A stretch of 64,000 nucleotides of DNA from an uncultured Bacteriovoracaceae bacterium (GCA_964012805.1 CAXGUD010000016.1:22918-86917); one strand, 5' to 3'. Positions 9,828 to 20,125 are shown, numbered from the stretch's first letter. Numbers and translations are program-made. The notes: generated from the sequence alone by a model not told the origin.

Positions 9828-10613
9828 TTAACTTTCCAGGCTTTCTATCGATTCTATACTTTCTTCATCCTCACCTTCATCTTCACCCTCATCTTCATTT
9901 TCGTTAGTATTAATTTTTTCTTTTTTGGAAGTTTCTCCTTTTTCAATGGATTCTATATCTTCTATGCTCTCAGTATCTTCTGATTCTTCTATGTCTTCGA
10001 TTGATTTATCTTCCTCTTGAGCTGCTAGGTCTGAATCATTTTCTTCATCGTCATTTACGGTTTCATTTTCAATTGGCAAATATTCATTTTTGTTTTTTCT
10101 TCCTTCCATTAGACTTGAAAAAAGCTCTTCCTCTAAACTTAGGTCGGAAGATGTAGAATTCCAGGGACTTGATGAGTCATTTTTGACTTTTTGATTTTTA
10201 AATATTGTTAGTTTGCAGCTTTCTTTGTTGTTTGAGTGAGTCTTCCCTTTTAAGTAAAGCTTAAATTTCGCGCTTTTTTCAAGTATGTTATTTTTCTCTT
10301 TTGAAAAAAAAGAAAATGTATTGTCAATCCAATGGGTTTTAATAAAGTTTTTTTTAAAACTGACTCTTTTTAGGTCAAACCTTTTTAAGAGAAGGGTTAA
10401 AGTCTCAAATGTTTTTTGACAACTAAATGGAACTTTTCTTGTTGGAAACTCATAAGATGCAAGTTGGGCCCTTTGTGGTTTAGCTTTTTTTCGACTGCAG
10501 GAAGAAGTAATTGATCCTAAGAAAAAAAGGATAATAATAATCACTTGGTATTTATTAATTTGATTTTTTTTAAAAAGCAATTTCTTCAACCTCTTTTGAT
10601 TTTCTTTTTTCAA
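9828..10613 (-). CDS. lipoprotein with BamC/NlpB-like domain and acidic low-complexity tail
   Basis: Lipobox-like ITSSC; shares KTxWIDNT, AKFKL and WxxxxSD with the upstream paralog; ESIEDIE-type repeats in the tail. Confidence 0.65.
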   Translation of the reverse strand: MKKENQKRLKKLLFKKNQINKYQVIIIILFFLGSITSSCSRKKAKPQRAQLASYEFPTRKVPFSCQKTFETLTLLLKRFDLKRVSFKKNFIKTHWIDNTFSFFSKEKNNILEKSAKFKLYLKGKTHSNNKESCKLTIFKNQKVKNDSSSPWNSTSSDLSLEEELFSSLMEGRKNKNEYLPIENETVNDDEENDSDLAAQEEDKSIEDIEESEDTESIEDIESIEKGETSKKEKINTNENEDEGEDEGEDEESIESIESLES

Positions 10614-11163
10614 GCTCTTCTAATTTTTTTTCAATAAGAAGAATTCTTTTCAGTCTGTAAAGGAGAGTTTTCTCTATGATTTGATCACTTGGAATAACTT
10701 TCCAGCCTTGGAGTAAGTCTTTCTGAACTAATTGTCTTTTAGAGATGAATACTTTAGTGACTTCTCTTTCTGTTCTGTATCCTTTTACAACGTTTATAAT
10801 TAATTTAAATTTAGCTGTTTTGTAACCAGAACCTCGATTAAGAGAGTTTGAAAAATTCATCTCAAGGGTATTATCAATCCATCTTGTTTTCCACAGTCCT
10901 GAAGCCCTATTACTAACTTCAAGAGAGTAATTATATGTGTCAATGATGTTTTTTATTGCACTCCATGTCATCTCGTAATTAGCTCTAAAAACCTGAGAAG
11001 GGAGTTCGTAATCCCTTGAAACATTTTTAAAGTGGTCATAGGAAGTGCACCCTGTTAGACAAATGAAAATTATGACTGTGAATGTTTTTTGAAGGAAAAC
11101 CTCTATTTTGTCTTGAATAGTGTGTCTTGTGGGGATATTTTTCATCGATGGACATTTTATCAC
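10570..11163 (-). CDS. lipoprotein with BamC/NlpB-like domain
   Basis: Lipobox LTGC; pattern QVFRANYEMTWSAI...NRASGLWKTRW...KFKLII resembles BamC-type domains; start may be ATG at 11145. Confidence 0.7.
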   Translation of the reverse strand: MIKCPSMKNIPTRHTIQDKIEVFLQKTFTVIIFICLTGCTSYDHFKNVSRDYELPSQVFRANYEMTWSAIKNIIDTYNYSLEVSNRASGLWKTRWIDNTLEMNFSNSLNRGSGYKTAKFKLIINVVKGYRTEREVTKVFISKRQLVQKDLLQGWKVIPSDQIIEKTLLYRLKRILLIEKKLEELEKRKSKEVEEIAF

Positions 11164-11211
11164 ACTAAGTTAATAAATTCATTTTCACTTTCAAAAAATT
11201 GGAGCTTGTCA

Positions 11212-12201
11212 GTGGACTATCTTAAAGCGGCCCAGAATGTTTTAAACCTAGAAGCAAATGCCATACTAGCAGCATCCGAGCGTATGGATAAAAAGGTAGT
11301 TAATGCCGTCATGTCCATTTTTGAGAGGCTCGAGGAGACAAGGGGGCAATTGATATTTTCTGGAGTAGGAAAGTCTGGATTTATAGGGCGAAAAATTGCT
11401 TCGACATTTGCTTCTTTGGGTCTAAAGTCTTTTTTTCTTCACCCAGTTGAAGCTCTTCACGGAGATTTGGGCAGAGCAAAAAAAGAAGATACCATAGTTT
11501 TAATTAGTAAGTCAGGGACAACAGAAGAGGTAATGAAACTTATACCTTTTCTACCAATTCCTCGAGAAAGAAGAATTGGTCTTCTTGGAGACTTGGGTTC
11601 ACCCATTGCTAAAGAGTGCTTTGTGACATTAGATTGCTCTGTTGAAAAGGAAGCCTGTTTGAATAATCAAGCTCCAACCACGAGTTCTACCTTGACCCTT
11701 GCTATGGGTGATGCTCTTGCTGTTCTCTATGAGAGGATGATAGGTCTTTCGAAAGAGGGATTTGCTTTTAACCACCCTGGCGGAATCTTGGGAAAATCTC
11801 TACGAATGAAGGTGGAGGACTTAATGGTCAGTATTAATGATTGTCCCCAGTGTCGAATTGAAACAAGTCTTCAGGACGTTATTCTTTCTATGACTGAGAA
11901 TCCTGTTGGAGCTTGTGCTATTTTAGGCCCCAATAATGCCTTGAGAGGTATTGTTGTTGACGGTGATATAAGGAGAGCTTTTGCTTATGGTAAAGATGTT
12001 TTGAAAGTTTCTGTGAGAGATTTTATGACATCTTCACCTATTTCAATATCGAAGGGAGAACTTGCAAATAAGGCTTTAGACTTAATGGAGAACCGTAAAA
12101 GTCAAATAACTATTCTTCCCGTTTTAAATGAAAAAGATGAGTTCATGGGATTTTTGAGGCTTCATGACCTTCTTAATGCCGGTTTTTCTTTGCGAAATTG
12201 A
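11212..12201 (+). CDS. kdsD: arabinose-5-phosphate isomerase (KpsF/GutQ family; SIS plus 2 CBS domains)
   Basis: GVGKSGFIG, LHPVEALHGDLG, SKSGTT, APTTSST, HPGGILG; GTG start at 11212 after GGAG. Confidence 0.95.
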   Translation: MDYLKAAQNVLNLEANAILAASERMDKKVVNAVMSIFERLEETRGQLIFSGVGKSGFIGRKIASTFASLGLKSFFLHPVEALHGDLGRAKKEDTIVLISKSGTTEEVMKLIPFLPIPRERRIGLLGDLGSPIAKECFVTLDCSVEKEACLNNQAPTTSSTLTLAMGDALAVLYERMIGLSKEGFAFNHPGGILGKSLRMKVEDLMVSINDCPQCRIETSLQDVILSMTENPVGACAILGPNNALRGIVVDGDIRRAFAYGKDVLKVSVRDFMTSSPISISKGELANKALDLMENRKSQITILPVLNEKDEFMGFLRLHDLLNAGFSLRN

Positions 12202-13886
12202 ATATGCTTCTTTTTATTTATTGTAAGAAGAACTTTTTGAATAAGAAAAAGTAAAGCTACGATGAGGCATAAAGGAAGCAGTCCCCATTTTTGGAAAAAT
12301 GTCGGCTGTCTTTCTGAGTTATATTTAAACTTGTAGTCTTTTGAAACTTGTTTAAAAACATCTGTTCTTTTTTGCTCTGATCCGTCTGGAAGAAGAATTG
12401 AGCTTATTCCTGTGTTTGTCATCCTAATAATTGGTAAATTGAACTCAATTGCTCTCCAATGGCTCAGGAACAGGTGTTGAAAAGGTTCAATTGTGTCTCC
12501 ATACCAGGAGTCATTCGTGAGGTTTATCAGAAAGTGAGGATTATCTTGAACTTTGTTAAGATACTTTCTTATAAAAGAAGAGAATAAAATTTCGTAGCAA
12601 ATTGCAGAAATGAAGGATGATTGATTTGAAGTTTTAAAAAGGGGAAAGTTCTTTCCTTCAGCAAAAAATGAAATATTTTTAATATAGCGGCTTAGAAAAG
12701 GATTAAGAGGGCCAAAAGGAAGCCCTTCCCCAAAAGGTATAAGTCTGTGCTTATGATAAACATTTTTGAAACTCCCTTCCTTTGAAACTAGAAAAGCACT
12801 ATTGTATTCAGACTTATAACCTCTATTGATCTTATTGCTTACTCTGTCATACCCGCCAAAAAAAACTTCTGACTGCATTTTAGATGCGACTGTTCGGATA
12901 ACTATTGGAATCGCATTTTTATTTTCCTTCATTTTACTGGAGCTAAGGAGCAGAGGATAGGATGTTTCCGGCCAGACAATTAAGTCGGGTTGAGAGTTAA
13001 GAGGTTGAGTACTAAGTTTAAAATACCTTTGAGTTACTGAAAGTATCGAGTGTGGCTTACCACTTTCAGAATCCAGTTTCATGAAGTTACCAATATTGGC
13101 TTGTACAAGGCGAACGTTTAAATTTTTGATGGAGCCTTTTTCTTCACCTATTGGTGGAATTTTAAAGAGAAAATTTAAAAGTAGAAAAATGAAAAAGAGT
13201 GATAAAGGGAGAAAGTTTTTAATTTTTTCTTTTCTAAAAAGAGGAAGAAAGGAAAAAACAAGCCAAAAACTAAAAAAGGAAAAAGCTGGTGCTCCAAAGA
13301 TTGGCGCCATACCTAAGTAAGGTGAGAGTCCTAGCCAAGGGTGTCCCAGGTGGGCTGGGAATTGTTGTGGACTGTAGTATTCTAAAAATACTAGTCCAAT
13401 AGAAAATAAAATGATTCTAAGGTCGGGCTGAATTTTAAAGATCATTTTTTTAAGAAACTTTATTTTGAATAAAGCAATGAAAATGAAAACTTGTGGTAAA
13501 AGAATAAATGAAAAAATTATCGATGTGAAAAAGTTAAGAAAACCTGAGATTTCTCCAAACTCTGTAAGGAAGTTAGGAATCCAATAATAGCCAATAAGAT
13601 TGTATCCCAGAGAAAATAAGAACCAGTGTGAAAAGTCATATGACTTTTTATTTTCATTGAAATTTTCTTTGCCCTCAAATGTATTTAAAAAAGAGAGCTG
13701 AGCGAAAAAAATTAAATAGCCGATGATAGGTAAAAAGGGCAAAGGGGATTTTGTAATGATGGATGGAAAACCAAATGCGTAAAGTGTTCCACCTAAAAAA
13801 GATAAAATAAAGGGGGTAAGAAAAGAGTTTTTTAATCGATAAACCATAGCAGATGTATCATACGACTTTTGACTTAATTTTGCCAA
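12162..13886 (-). CDS. lnt: apolipoprotein N-acyltransferase
   Basis: Multiple TM segments plus nitrilase domain: VQANI, VWPETS, YHKHRLIPFGE, ICYE, NLTNDSWY, RAIE, TNTGIS; start may be 13847. Confidence 0.95.
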   Translation of the reverse strand: MAKLSQKSYDTSAMVYRLKNSFLTPFILSFLGGTLYAFGFPSIITKSPLPFLPIIGYLIFFAQLSFLNTFEGKENFNENKKSYDFSHWFLFSLGYNLIGYYWIPNFLTEFGEISGFLNFFTSIIFSFILLPQVFIFIALFKIKFLKKMIFKIQPDLRIILFSIGLVFLEYYSPQQFPAHLGHPWLGLSPYLGMAPIFGAPAFSFFSFWLVFSFLPLFRKEKIKNFLPLSLFFIFLLLNFLFKIPPIGEEKGSIKNLNVRLVQANIGNFMKLDSESGKPHSILSVTQRYFKLSTQPLNSQPDLIVWPETSYPLLLSSSKMKENKNAIPIVIRTVASKMQSEVFFGGYDRVSNKINRGYKSEYNSAFLVSKEGSFKNVYHKHRLIPFGEGLPFGPLNPFLSRYIKNISFFAEGKNFPLFKTSNQSSFISAICYEILFSSFIRKYLNKVQDNPHFLINLTNDSWYGDTIEPFQHLFLSHWRAIEFNLPIIRMTNTGISSILLPDGSEQKRTDVFKQVSKDYKFKYNSERQPTFFQKWGLLPLCLIVALLFLIQKVLLTINKKKHIQFRKEKPALRRS

Positions 13887-13901
13887 TTTTAGATAACCTT
13901 A

Positions 13902-14900
13902 TTAATTCTCTCTACTTTTTTTGATGGTTAACCTTGAAGCACTTTTAAATGCATTAAAGGCATCTAATTTGCCACCCATAACATGTTTATGAGCTATGGT
14001 GGTGGGACCTCTTTTCAAAGATGAATTGATTAAGATCTCTTTTATCTGAGAGGGCCTTAAACTAGGAAAATGTGAAATAAGAAGAGATGCAACACCTGTG
14101 ACAAAAGCAGTAGCTTGGCTAGTTCCTGTCATTTCTCCAAATTTATTTCCTGGCATGGGCCCAATAATTTTAAAGCCTGGTGCCATAAGGTGGACAGAGT
14201 TCTTTCCAAAGTTTGAAAAGGGAAGAATCTTGGAGTTATTGTCATGAGCTGCAACACTGATGATATTATTAAGTTTATAGCTTGCTGGGAAGTAGACATT
14301 TTTTTTGTGGTCTAGGTTTAGAGCTTGGTTTCCTGAAGCTGCAATCAGGAGGATATTGCTCTTCTCAGCTTTTTTTAAAAGGTTAAATTCTTTGAAATAA
14401 GGTTTTAGGCCACCGCCAGAGTAATTAATGATATCAACCTTCATTTTGATTGCGAGTTTGTAAGACCTAAGTAATGAGTTAAAGTTGTCTTTTCCTTTTC
14501 CCTTAGGATTATTAAATTTAATTGAGATAATTTGTATATCAGGGTTGATACTTTTAATAATCCCTGAAACGTGAGTTCCATGACCATTTAGATCACCAGA
14601 AAGACTACTTTGACCGTGGGTAAGATCTATACTTTGTGGTAAAACATTTTTTGAATATTTCTTTTTTTTGCCAAGAGAATTTTTGAAAAAAGAATGGTTT
14701 AAATCAATGCCAGTATCAATGATGGCAACTTTTACAGTTTTTCTTTTTTTGAAGACCTTCTTTGCTTTTTTTAATTTTATAAGTTGAAAGGGAATAGGGT
14801 TTAAATTCTTAACATTAATTGGCGTGGGCGAAGCCTTTGCAATCGACGAGTTGGTGACTAATAAGTAAATTAAACTTAGTAAAAGAAGGCCTTTAATCAT
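13902..14900 (-). CDS. secreted S8 subtilase lacking an evident I9 prodomain
   Basis: IIDTG (Asp), HGTHVSG (His), AASGN, GTSQATAFVTG (Ser); signal peptide from ATG 14900 after AAGGA. Confidence 0.92.
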   Translation of the reverse strand: MIKGLLLLSLIYLLVTNSSIAKASPTPINVKNLNPIPFQLIKLKKAKKVFKKRKTVKVAIIDTGIDLNHSFFKNSLGKKKKYSKNVLPQSIDLTHGQSSLSGDLNGHGTHVSGIIKSINPDIQIISIKFNNPKGKGKDNFNSLLRSYKLAIKMKVDIINYSGGGLKPYFKEFNLLKKAEKSNILLIAASGNQALNLDHKKNVYFPASYKLNNIISVAAHDNNSKILPFSNFGKNSVHLMAPGFKIIGPMPGNKFGEMTGTSQATAFVTGVASLLISHFPSLRPSQIKEILINSSLKRGPTTIAHKHVMGGKLDAFNAFKSASRLTIKKSREN

Positions 14901-15155
14901 ACTAAATGTCCTTTTGGCAAAATGCATCCCAAACAGGAGCAATAGCTATATGCCACAAAAATGATGGGCTTTTAAAGGTTTTTAAGGAAGGAGTTGGAAG
15001 TTTATTTGTCATTTTTCAAAAAAATAGAGAAAATTATAAAAATAAACTTATTTTGTTTGTATTCTTGAATATATCGTTGTTTGCTGATTTGCATGGTAAA
15101 AAGAGAAGAGTTTTGTTTTTTGGGCATTTGCCTCTCATTTAAATGGGAATGAATT

Positions 15156-15881
15156 GTGAAAAGGGTTTTAATTTTTTTTAGCTTATTAGCACTTTTAGGA
15201 GGCGTTGTTTTCTTTTTCACTCTTGATTTCAAAGAGCAGGAAGAAGTAGAAACAGGATCAACGGAATTAGAGACCACTGAAGCGGGGTCAAGAAACATAG
15301 TTAGAACTGATTTTAATTCGTTAGAAAATAAGAAAACTTCGAGAGAGGAACAAACTGAAAGACCAGAAGTTGGGAAGGCCGAGGATAATGGAGTTAAAGA
15401 TGCAGAAGACCCTAATAGAATAAACTCTGAATTTGAACTAGACCCTCAGTATTATCCTTCAATAGGAGGTTACTTGAAGGTCGACGGAAAGGATATCCAA
15501 GCTCTTGAAATCTTTTTTAGGAAGACTGAGTCTTTTATAGTTAGTCTGGGTTTTAAAAAGGTGACAAACTCTATTTTTCAAGTTGAAAACTCCTTTTGGA
15601 ACCTCCATCGAAACTCAGATGGAAAGAGTTATAATGTGAGGGTCGGTAGTGGACCTCTAAGTGGCAATATAGTTACTTTCACAGAGAAGAGAGAGCAAGG
15701 CGCTATTGAAAGTACAGATAATGAGCAAGAACAAGGCCAAGAGGGTGATAGTGAATCCGAAGATCCTGTGGATAGCGATGATCAGGCACAAAATGGATAT
15801 GAGTTGCCAAATAGTGATCAAGAGGATCCGTCTATTAACGAAGACAGCAATGAGGCTATGGAAGATTCAACTTTTGAATAA
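15156..15881 (+). CDS. membrane-anchored acidic hypothetical protein
   Basis: N-terminal hydrophobic anchor, Glu/Asp-rich flanks around a roughly 90 aa beta-rich core. Confidence 0.75.
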   Translation: MKRVLIFFSLLALLGGVVFFFTLDFKEQEEVETGSTELETTEAGSRNIVRTDFNSLENKKTSREEQTERPEVGKAEDNGVKDAEDPNRINSEFELDPQYYPSIGGYLKVDGKDIQALEIFFRKTESFIVSLGFKKVTNSIFQVENSFWNLHRNSDGKSYNVRVGSGPLSGNIVTFTEKREQGAIESTDNEQEQGQEGDSESEDPVDSDDQAQNGYELPNSDQEDPSINEDSNEAMEDSTFE

Positions 15882-16905
15882 AGTTCTGAGCATTTTTAGC
15901 ATTTAGCCGTCCATTGGATAGACATTTTCTTAAAAGAGAAGTTTCTTTCGAAACTGAAGTCATAATTATTTTTTTAAGGTTTTTAAGATCCATATTTGGA
16001 GATTGTGAAAGAATGAAAGCTGCTACACCAGAAACAAAAGCTGTTGCCTGACTTGTTCCAGTTCTATATCCAACACGACTTTTTGGAAGAGCAGCTTTTA
16101 TACGACTTCCAGGAGCTGAAAGATGGACAGAGCTTTTCCCATAGTTTGATGATGGGAGAATGTTTAGCTCTTGGTTGTTTGCAGTTACTGTAATTATATT
16201 TTTGAATTTATAGCTTGCTGGGAAAAAAGCATTCTGTTTCTTGTCGATATTTGAGCTTTCATTTCCGGCTGCAGCTACAACGAGGATACCTTTTCTTTCC
16301 GCTTCTTTAAGAATTTCTCTCTCTTCACTAGACGGCTCAGGCCCTCCTCCAGAGTAGTTGATTATATCAACGTTGCTTTTTACGGCAAATCTCAGTGCTT
16401 TTATTGTAGCGTCTAGGTTATCTTGTCCTGAGGCATTGGGGTTATAGTACTTTAAAATAAGAAGCTTTACGTGGGGGTAAACGCTCCTAATGATTCCGGC
16501 AATGTGGGTACCATGACCGTGGAAGTCATAGGGTTGGTTTTTATTGTCAGCTCCTGCAGAGAAGTCGATTCCATAATTCTTTCTTGAAGAATTTCCTTTT
16601 AGAACTTTGAGGTTATTCCTGAAATATGGATGGTCAGGGTCAATACCTGTATCTACAACTGCGACAACAACTTCTTTCTTTTTTTTACTGAAGGACCTCC
16701 AGGCTTCCTTGAGATATATTGATGAACGACCATTTGTTGGGTTAATGGCCCAGCTAGCGTATCTATTGGTCAATTCTGAAAAGTTGAAAATGCCTTTGGC
16801 CTCTAAATTAAATATAAACAAATAAACAAATAGAAAGAGGCAAATAGATTTTGGGTAATTTATTTTATTTAGATTCATATTTTTTAAAGCCTGGCAAAAT
16901 GACAA
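15856..16905 (-). CDS. secreted S8 subtilase lacking an evident I9 prodomain
   Basis: VVDTG, HGHGTHIAG, AAAGN, GTSQATAFVSG; paralog of 13902..14900; start probably ATG 16878. Confidence 0.92.
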   Translation of the reverse strand: MSFCQALKNMNLNKINYPKSICLFLFVYLFIFNLEAKGIFNFSELTNRYASWAINPTNGRSSIYLKEAWRSFSKKKKEVVVAVVDTGIDPDHPYFRNNLKVLKGNSSRKNYGIDFSAGADNKNQPYDFHGHGTHIAGIIRSVYPHVKLLILKYYNPNASGQDNLDATIKALRFAVKSNVDIINYSGGGPEPSSEEREILKEAERKGILVVAAAGNESSNIDKKQNAFFPASYKFKNIITVTANNQELNILPSSNYGKSSVHLSAPGSRIKAALPKSRVGYRTGTSQATAFVSGVAAFILSQSPNMDLKNLKKIIMTSVSKETSLLRKCLSNGRLNAKNAQNFIQKLNLP

Positions 16906-17004
16906 ATCTCACAAGTATGCTTGTCGAAAAAAAGACAAAAGTATTTAGTTAATTCTGGATAAGCAAAGAAAAATTAGTAAGATTTGAAGGCTTTATTTTA
17001 AGAA

Positions 17005-18036
17005 TTATTTTTTATGGAGGTCTCTCCAACTTTTACCTTTTCTAGCAGCTCTTCTTTTTTGAAAAGCTGTTACAGCTTTCAAGTGCTCTTTGTAGTTTTT
17101 TGAAAACTTATGGGTACCGTCATTTTTACTAACAAAGTAAAGATAATTGTGTTTTTTAGGATTTATCGCTGCTTTTATTGACTCTAATCCAGGATTACTT
17201 ATTGGGCCCAAAGGTAATCCAAAAACTTTATAGGTGTTGTAGGGAGTTTTCTGAAGAAGGTGCTTTTTTCTTAGATTACCTGTAAAAGATTCATAAATAC
17301 CATAAATTGTGGTCGGGTCGGACTGAAGCCTCATTCTTTTTTTGAGTCTATTATGAAAAACACCTGAAATGGTTGGTCTTTCAAAACTCGCTCCTGTCTC
17401 TTTCTCTATAATTGAAGCCAGAATAATTAGGTCGTGCCTTTTTTCTATTGAAACATTCAAACCAAGCGACTTCCATCTTCTGAAAAACTGCTTTACCATT
17501 ACCGAAATAACTTGTTTAGGAGGTGTTTGTTCGTTGAACCTATAAGTGTCAGGATAAAGGTAGCCTTCTAAAGTCTTTCCTGGAATACCAAAAGAAAAGA
17601 CTAAGTCTTTATCTTTTGTTGCCCTGATAAATTCCTTATATGAACATATTTTTCTTTTTTCTAGCATCTTACCGATTTCATAAATATTTTTTCCTTCTGG
17701 AATTGTAAGCTTGGGAGCAATGTTCGCACCCTTTAAGAGGGTTTCTATTATATCTAAACTTGAGGACCCCTTTTTTATGAGGAAGTTTCCAGATTTAAAT
17801 TTTGTTAGAAGTCCTTTAAATTGGCAGTAGCGGTAGAATATTTTCGGATTGCTAATTAAGCCCTTTTTCTTGAGTCGATAATTAATTTTCGAAAATGTCT
17901 CACCTGGCTTAACAACAAACTCCGTAGACGCTCCCTCATAGGACCAGACGCCTAGGTGGTAATAAAATTTTGCTCCACTTAATACTATGGCAAGGAGAGG
18001 AGCTAGAAAAAGAAATATAAAAAGGTTTTTTTTCAT
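17005..18036 (-). CDS. mltG: endolytic transglycosylase MltG
   Basis: TIPEG, LEGYLYPDTY, LASIIEKET, VFHNRL, LQSDPT, PYNTY, GPISNPG, YLYFV. Confidence 0.97.
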   Translation of the reverse strand: MKKNLFIFLFLAPLLAIVLSGAKFYYHLGVWSYEGASTEFVVKPGETFSKINYRLKKKGLISNPKIFYRYCQFKGLLTKFKSGNFLIKKGSSSLDIIETLLKGANIAPKLTIPEGKNIYEIGKMLEKRKICSYKEFIRATKDKDLVFSFGIPGKTLEGYLYPDTYRFNEQTPPKQVISVMVKQFFRRWKSLGLNVSIEKRHDLIILASIIEKETGASFERPTISGVFHNRLKKRMRLQSDPTTIYGIYESFTGNLRKKHLLQKTPYNTYKVFGLPLGPISNPGLESIKAAINPKKHNYLYFVSKNDGTHKFSKNYKEHLKAVTAFQKRRAARKGKSWRDLHKK

Positions 18037-18056
18037 TTTTAGTTGTGGAGTAAATG

Positions 18057-18563
18057 TTAATAGTGGTTTCTTATAGGATACTTCTCAGAAGTGGACTCAG
18101 CAAGATTATTTTTTTTGACAAAGTCTTCAAGTATTATTGAGGCGGCCAACTCATCTATTTTTTTTAAATTGATTTTAAAATTGTACTGAGGAAGATTTTT
18201 CATCCTCTCTTTTGCCTCAAAGCTGCTTAGGGTCTCGTCTTGTGTGTAATGGTTAAGCGACACAAAAGTACTTTGGCACTTGAGCCAAAATTTCATTATC
18301 CGATCTGTCATTTTTGTTGGAGTCCCATCGGTTAAATAAGGAACCCCAACAACAAGGGTATCTATTCCTTCTTCCTCGATGATTTTTGACAATTCTTCGA
18401 TGAGTAGGTCATCACTTTTATATATTATTCGACCAAAAGGAAGAGGGTAAGGGTCTCTTTTGGAGTTGTATGTGGCCAAACCCACAACTTTTGTTCCGTA
18501 GTCTAGGCAGAGTATTGATTTAAGGTCAAAAACTATGGGTTCCTTTTCAATAAGATGTGTCAT
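18057..18563 (-). CDS. ruvX: Holliday junction resolvase-like RuvX/YqgF
   Basis: LCLDYGTKVVGLA, VVGVP, DETLSS, IDELAASIIL. Confidence 0.92.
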   Translation of the reverse strand: MTHLIEKEPIVFDLKSILCLDYGTKVVGLATYNSKRDPYPLPFGRIIYKSDDLLIEELSKIIEEEGIDTLVVGVPYLTDGTPTKMTDRIMKFWLKCQSTFVSLNHYTQDETLSSFEAKERMKNLPQYNFKINLKKIDELAASIILEDFVKKNNLAESTSEKYPIRNHY

Positions 18564-18645
18564 AATCTGTTCTTAAGTGATTGGAGCCTCTTTAGCAAGG
18601 GGCAGGGGCAATTTATGAAAAAAAAGAAAGAGTTTTATTTTGGTC

Positions 18646-18676
18646 TTGACAAGGCAGCGATAAGGATTATTATGAT
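18646..18676 (+). promoter_or_regulatory. probable sigma70 promoter of rho
   Basis: TTGACA at 18646 with TATTAT (16 nt spacer) or TATGAT downstream; leaves a leader of about 160 nt. Confidence 0.55.
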
Positions 18677-18841
18677 CCTATAGTCTTAAAACTACCTAAA
18701 AAATTTAAAAGACATACAATCTTTTAGCCAACACTTTAAGGGGCTTTTTACCACGTAATAATACCACTATTTTATTTCAAACTATAAAATTTATTTATAT
18801 CTAACTTAACACATTAAAATTTATCAGGGGAAGTTTCCAAA

Positions 18842-20089
18842 ATGCATCTCAGTGACTTAAGAGAAAAAGAAATTAAAGAACTTATTTCTATGGCGACGGA
18901 ATTAAAAATTGAAAATCCAAGCTCGCTTAGAAGACACGAACTAATCTTCTCAATTCTTAAAACCATGGCGAAGAATAATGAAGATATCTACGGCGGAGGA
19001 GTTCTTGAAATTCTGCCAGACGGCTTTGGTTTCTTAAGGTCTCCTGGGTATAACTACTTACCGGGTGCGGATGATATTTATGTAAGCCCTAGTCAAATTA
19101 GACGTTTTGGTCTTAGAAAGGGTGACACTACTGAAGGGCAAATTAGACCGCCTAAAGATGGGGAGAGGTATTTTGCTCTTTTAAAAGTTAATAAGATTAA
19201 TTATCAAACGCCTGAAGTTCATAAAAAGACGGTTCTTTTTGAAAACTTAACTCCACTTTACCCTGAGAAGAAAATTAGTTTAGAGTTTGATAAGAAAAAA
19301 CTATCAACGAGAATCATCGATCTTTTCGTGCCTCAAGGTTTTGGTCAGCGTTGTCTTATCGTTGCTCCACCTAAAGCAGGTAAAACAGAGCTTCTAAAAG
19401 AAATCGCTAACGCTATTACTAAGAATCATAATGACTCTAAGTTGATCGTGCTTCTTATTGATGAGAGACCCGAAGAAGTTACGGATATGAAAAGAAGTGT
19501 TGATGCGGAAGTTGTATCAAGTACTTTTGATGAGCCTGCAAATAGACACGTTCAGGTTGCTGAGATGGTTATGGAAAAAGCCAAGAGGCTTACAGAAGCA
19601 GGGGAGGATGTTGTTATTCTTCTTGACTCTATCACAAGGTTGGCGAGAGCTTATAACACTGTTGTTCCTCCGTCTGGAAAAATCCTTTCTGGTGGTGTTG
19701 ATTCAAATGCTTTACACAGACCAAAAAGATTCTTTGGTGCCGCTAGAAATATTGAAAATGGTGGGTCTCTTACCATTATTGCCACGTCACTCATTGATAC
19801 CGGTTCTAGAATGGATGAAGTTATTTTCGAAGAATTTAAAGGAACAGGGAACTCTGAGATTCAACTTGATAGAAAGCTTCTTGAAAAGAGAATTTTCCCA
19901 TGCTTGGATATCAATAAGTCCTCAACAAGGAAGGAAGACCTGCTTGTTGAAGATGGCGATCTTCAGAGAATGTATGTTCTTAGAAAGGTTCTCCACCCCA
20001 TGAATACTGTTGACTCCATGGAGTTTATGTTGAGTCGGATCACAAAGACGGCTTCTAACTCAGACTTTATGGAATCCATGAATGGCTAA
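18842..20089 (+). CDS. rho: transcription termination factor Rho
   Basis: [60 protein letters not shown]. Confidence 0.99.
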   Translation: MHLSDLREKEIKELISMATELKIENPSSLRRHELIFSILKTMAKNNEDIYGGGVLEILPDGFGFLRSPGYNYLPGADDIYVSPSQIRRFGLRKGDTTEGQIRPPKDGERYFALLKVNKINYQTPEVHKKTVLFENLTPLYPEKKISLEFDKKKLSTRIIDLFVPQGFGQRCLIVAPPKAGKTELLKEIANAITKNHNDSKLIVLLIDERPEEVTDMKRSVDAEVVSSTFDEPANRHVQVAEMVMEKAKRLTEAGEDVVILLDSITRLARAYNTVVPPSGKILSGGVDSNALHRPKRFFGAARNIENGGSLTIIATSLIDTGSRMDEVIFEEFKGTGNSEIQLDRKLLEKRIFPCLDINKSSTRKEDLLVEDGDLQRMYVLRKVLHPMNTVDSMEFMLSRITKTASNSDFMESMNG

Positions 20090-20094
20090 TAAAT

Positions 20095-20125
20095 AAAAAA
20101 AGGAGTCCCTGACTCCTTTTTTTTT
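20095..20125 (+). terminator. intrinsic terminator after rho
   Basis: A-run-GGAGTC-cct-GACTCC-T9. Confidence 0.85.

Noticed and set aside
14917..14932. GG-N10-GC sigma54-like sequence (TGGGATGCATTTTGC, minus strand) upstream of a subtilase
   Set aside because: Imperfect -24 box, and the implied TSS would fall after the likely RBS; probably chance
19497..20003. 168 aa alternative-frame ORF within rho
   Set aside because: Shadow ORF; no RBS or recognisable motif
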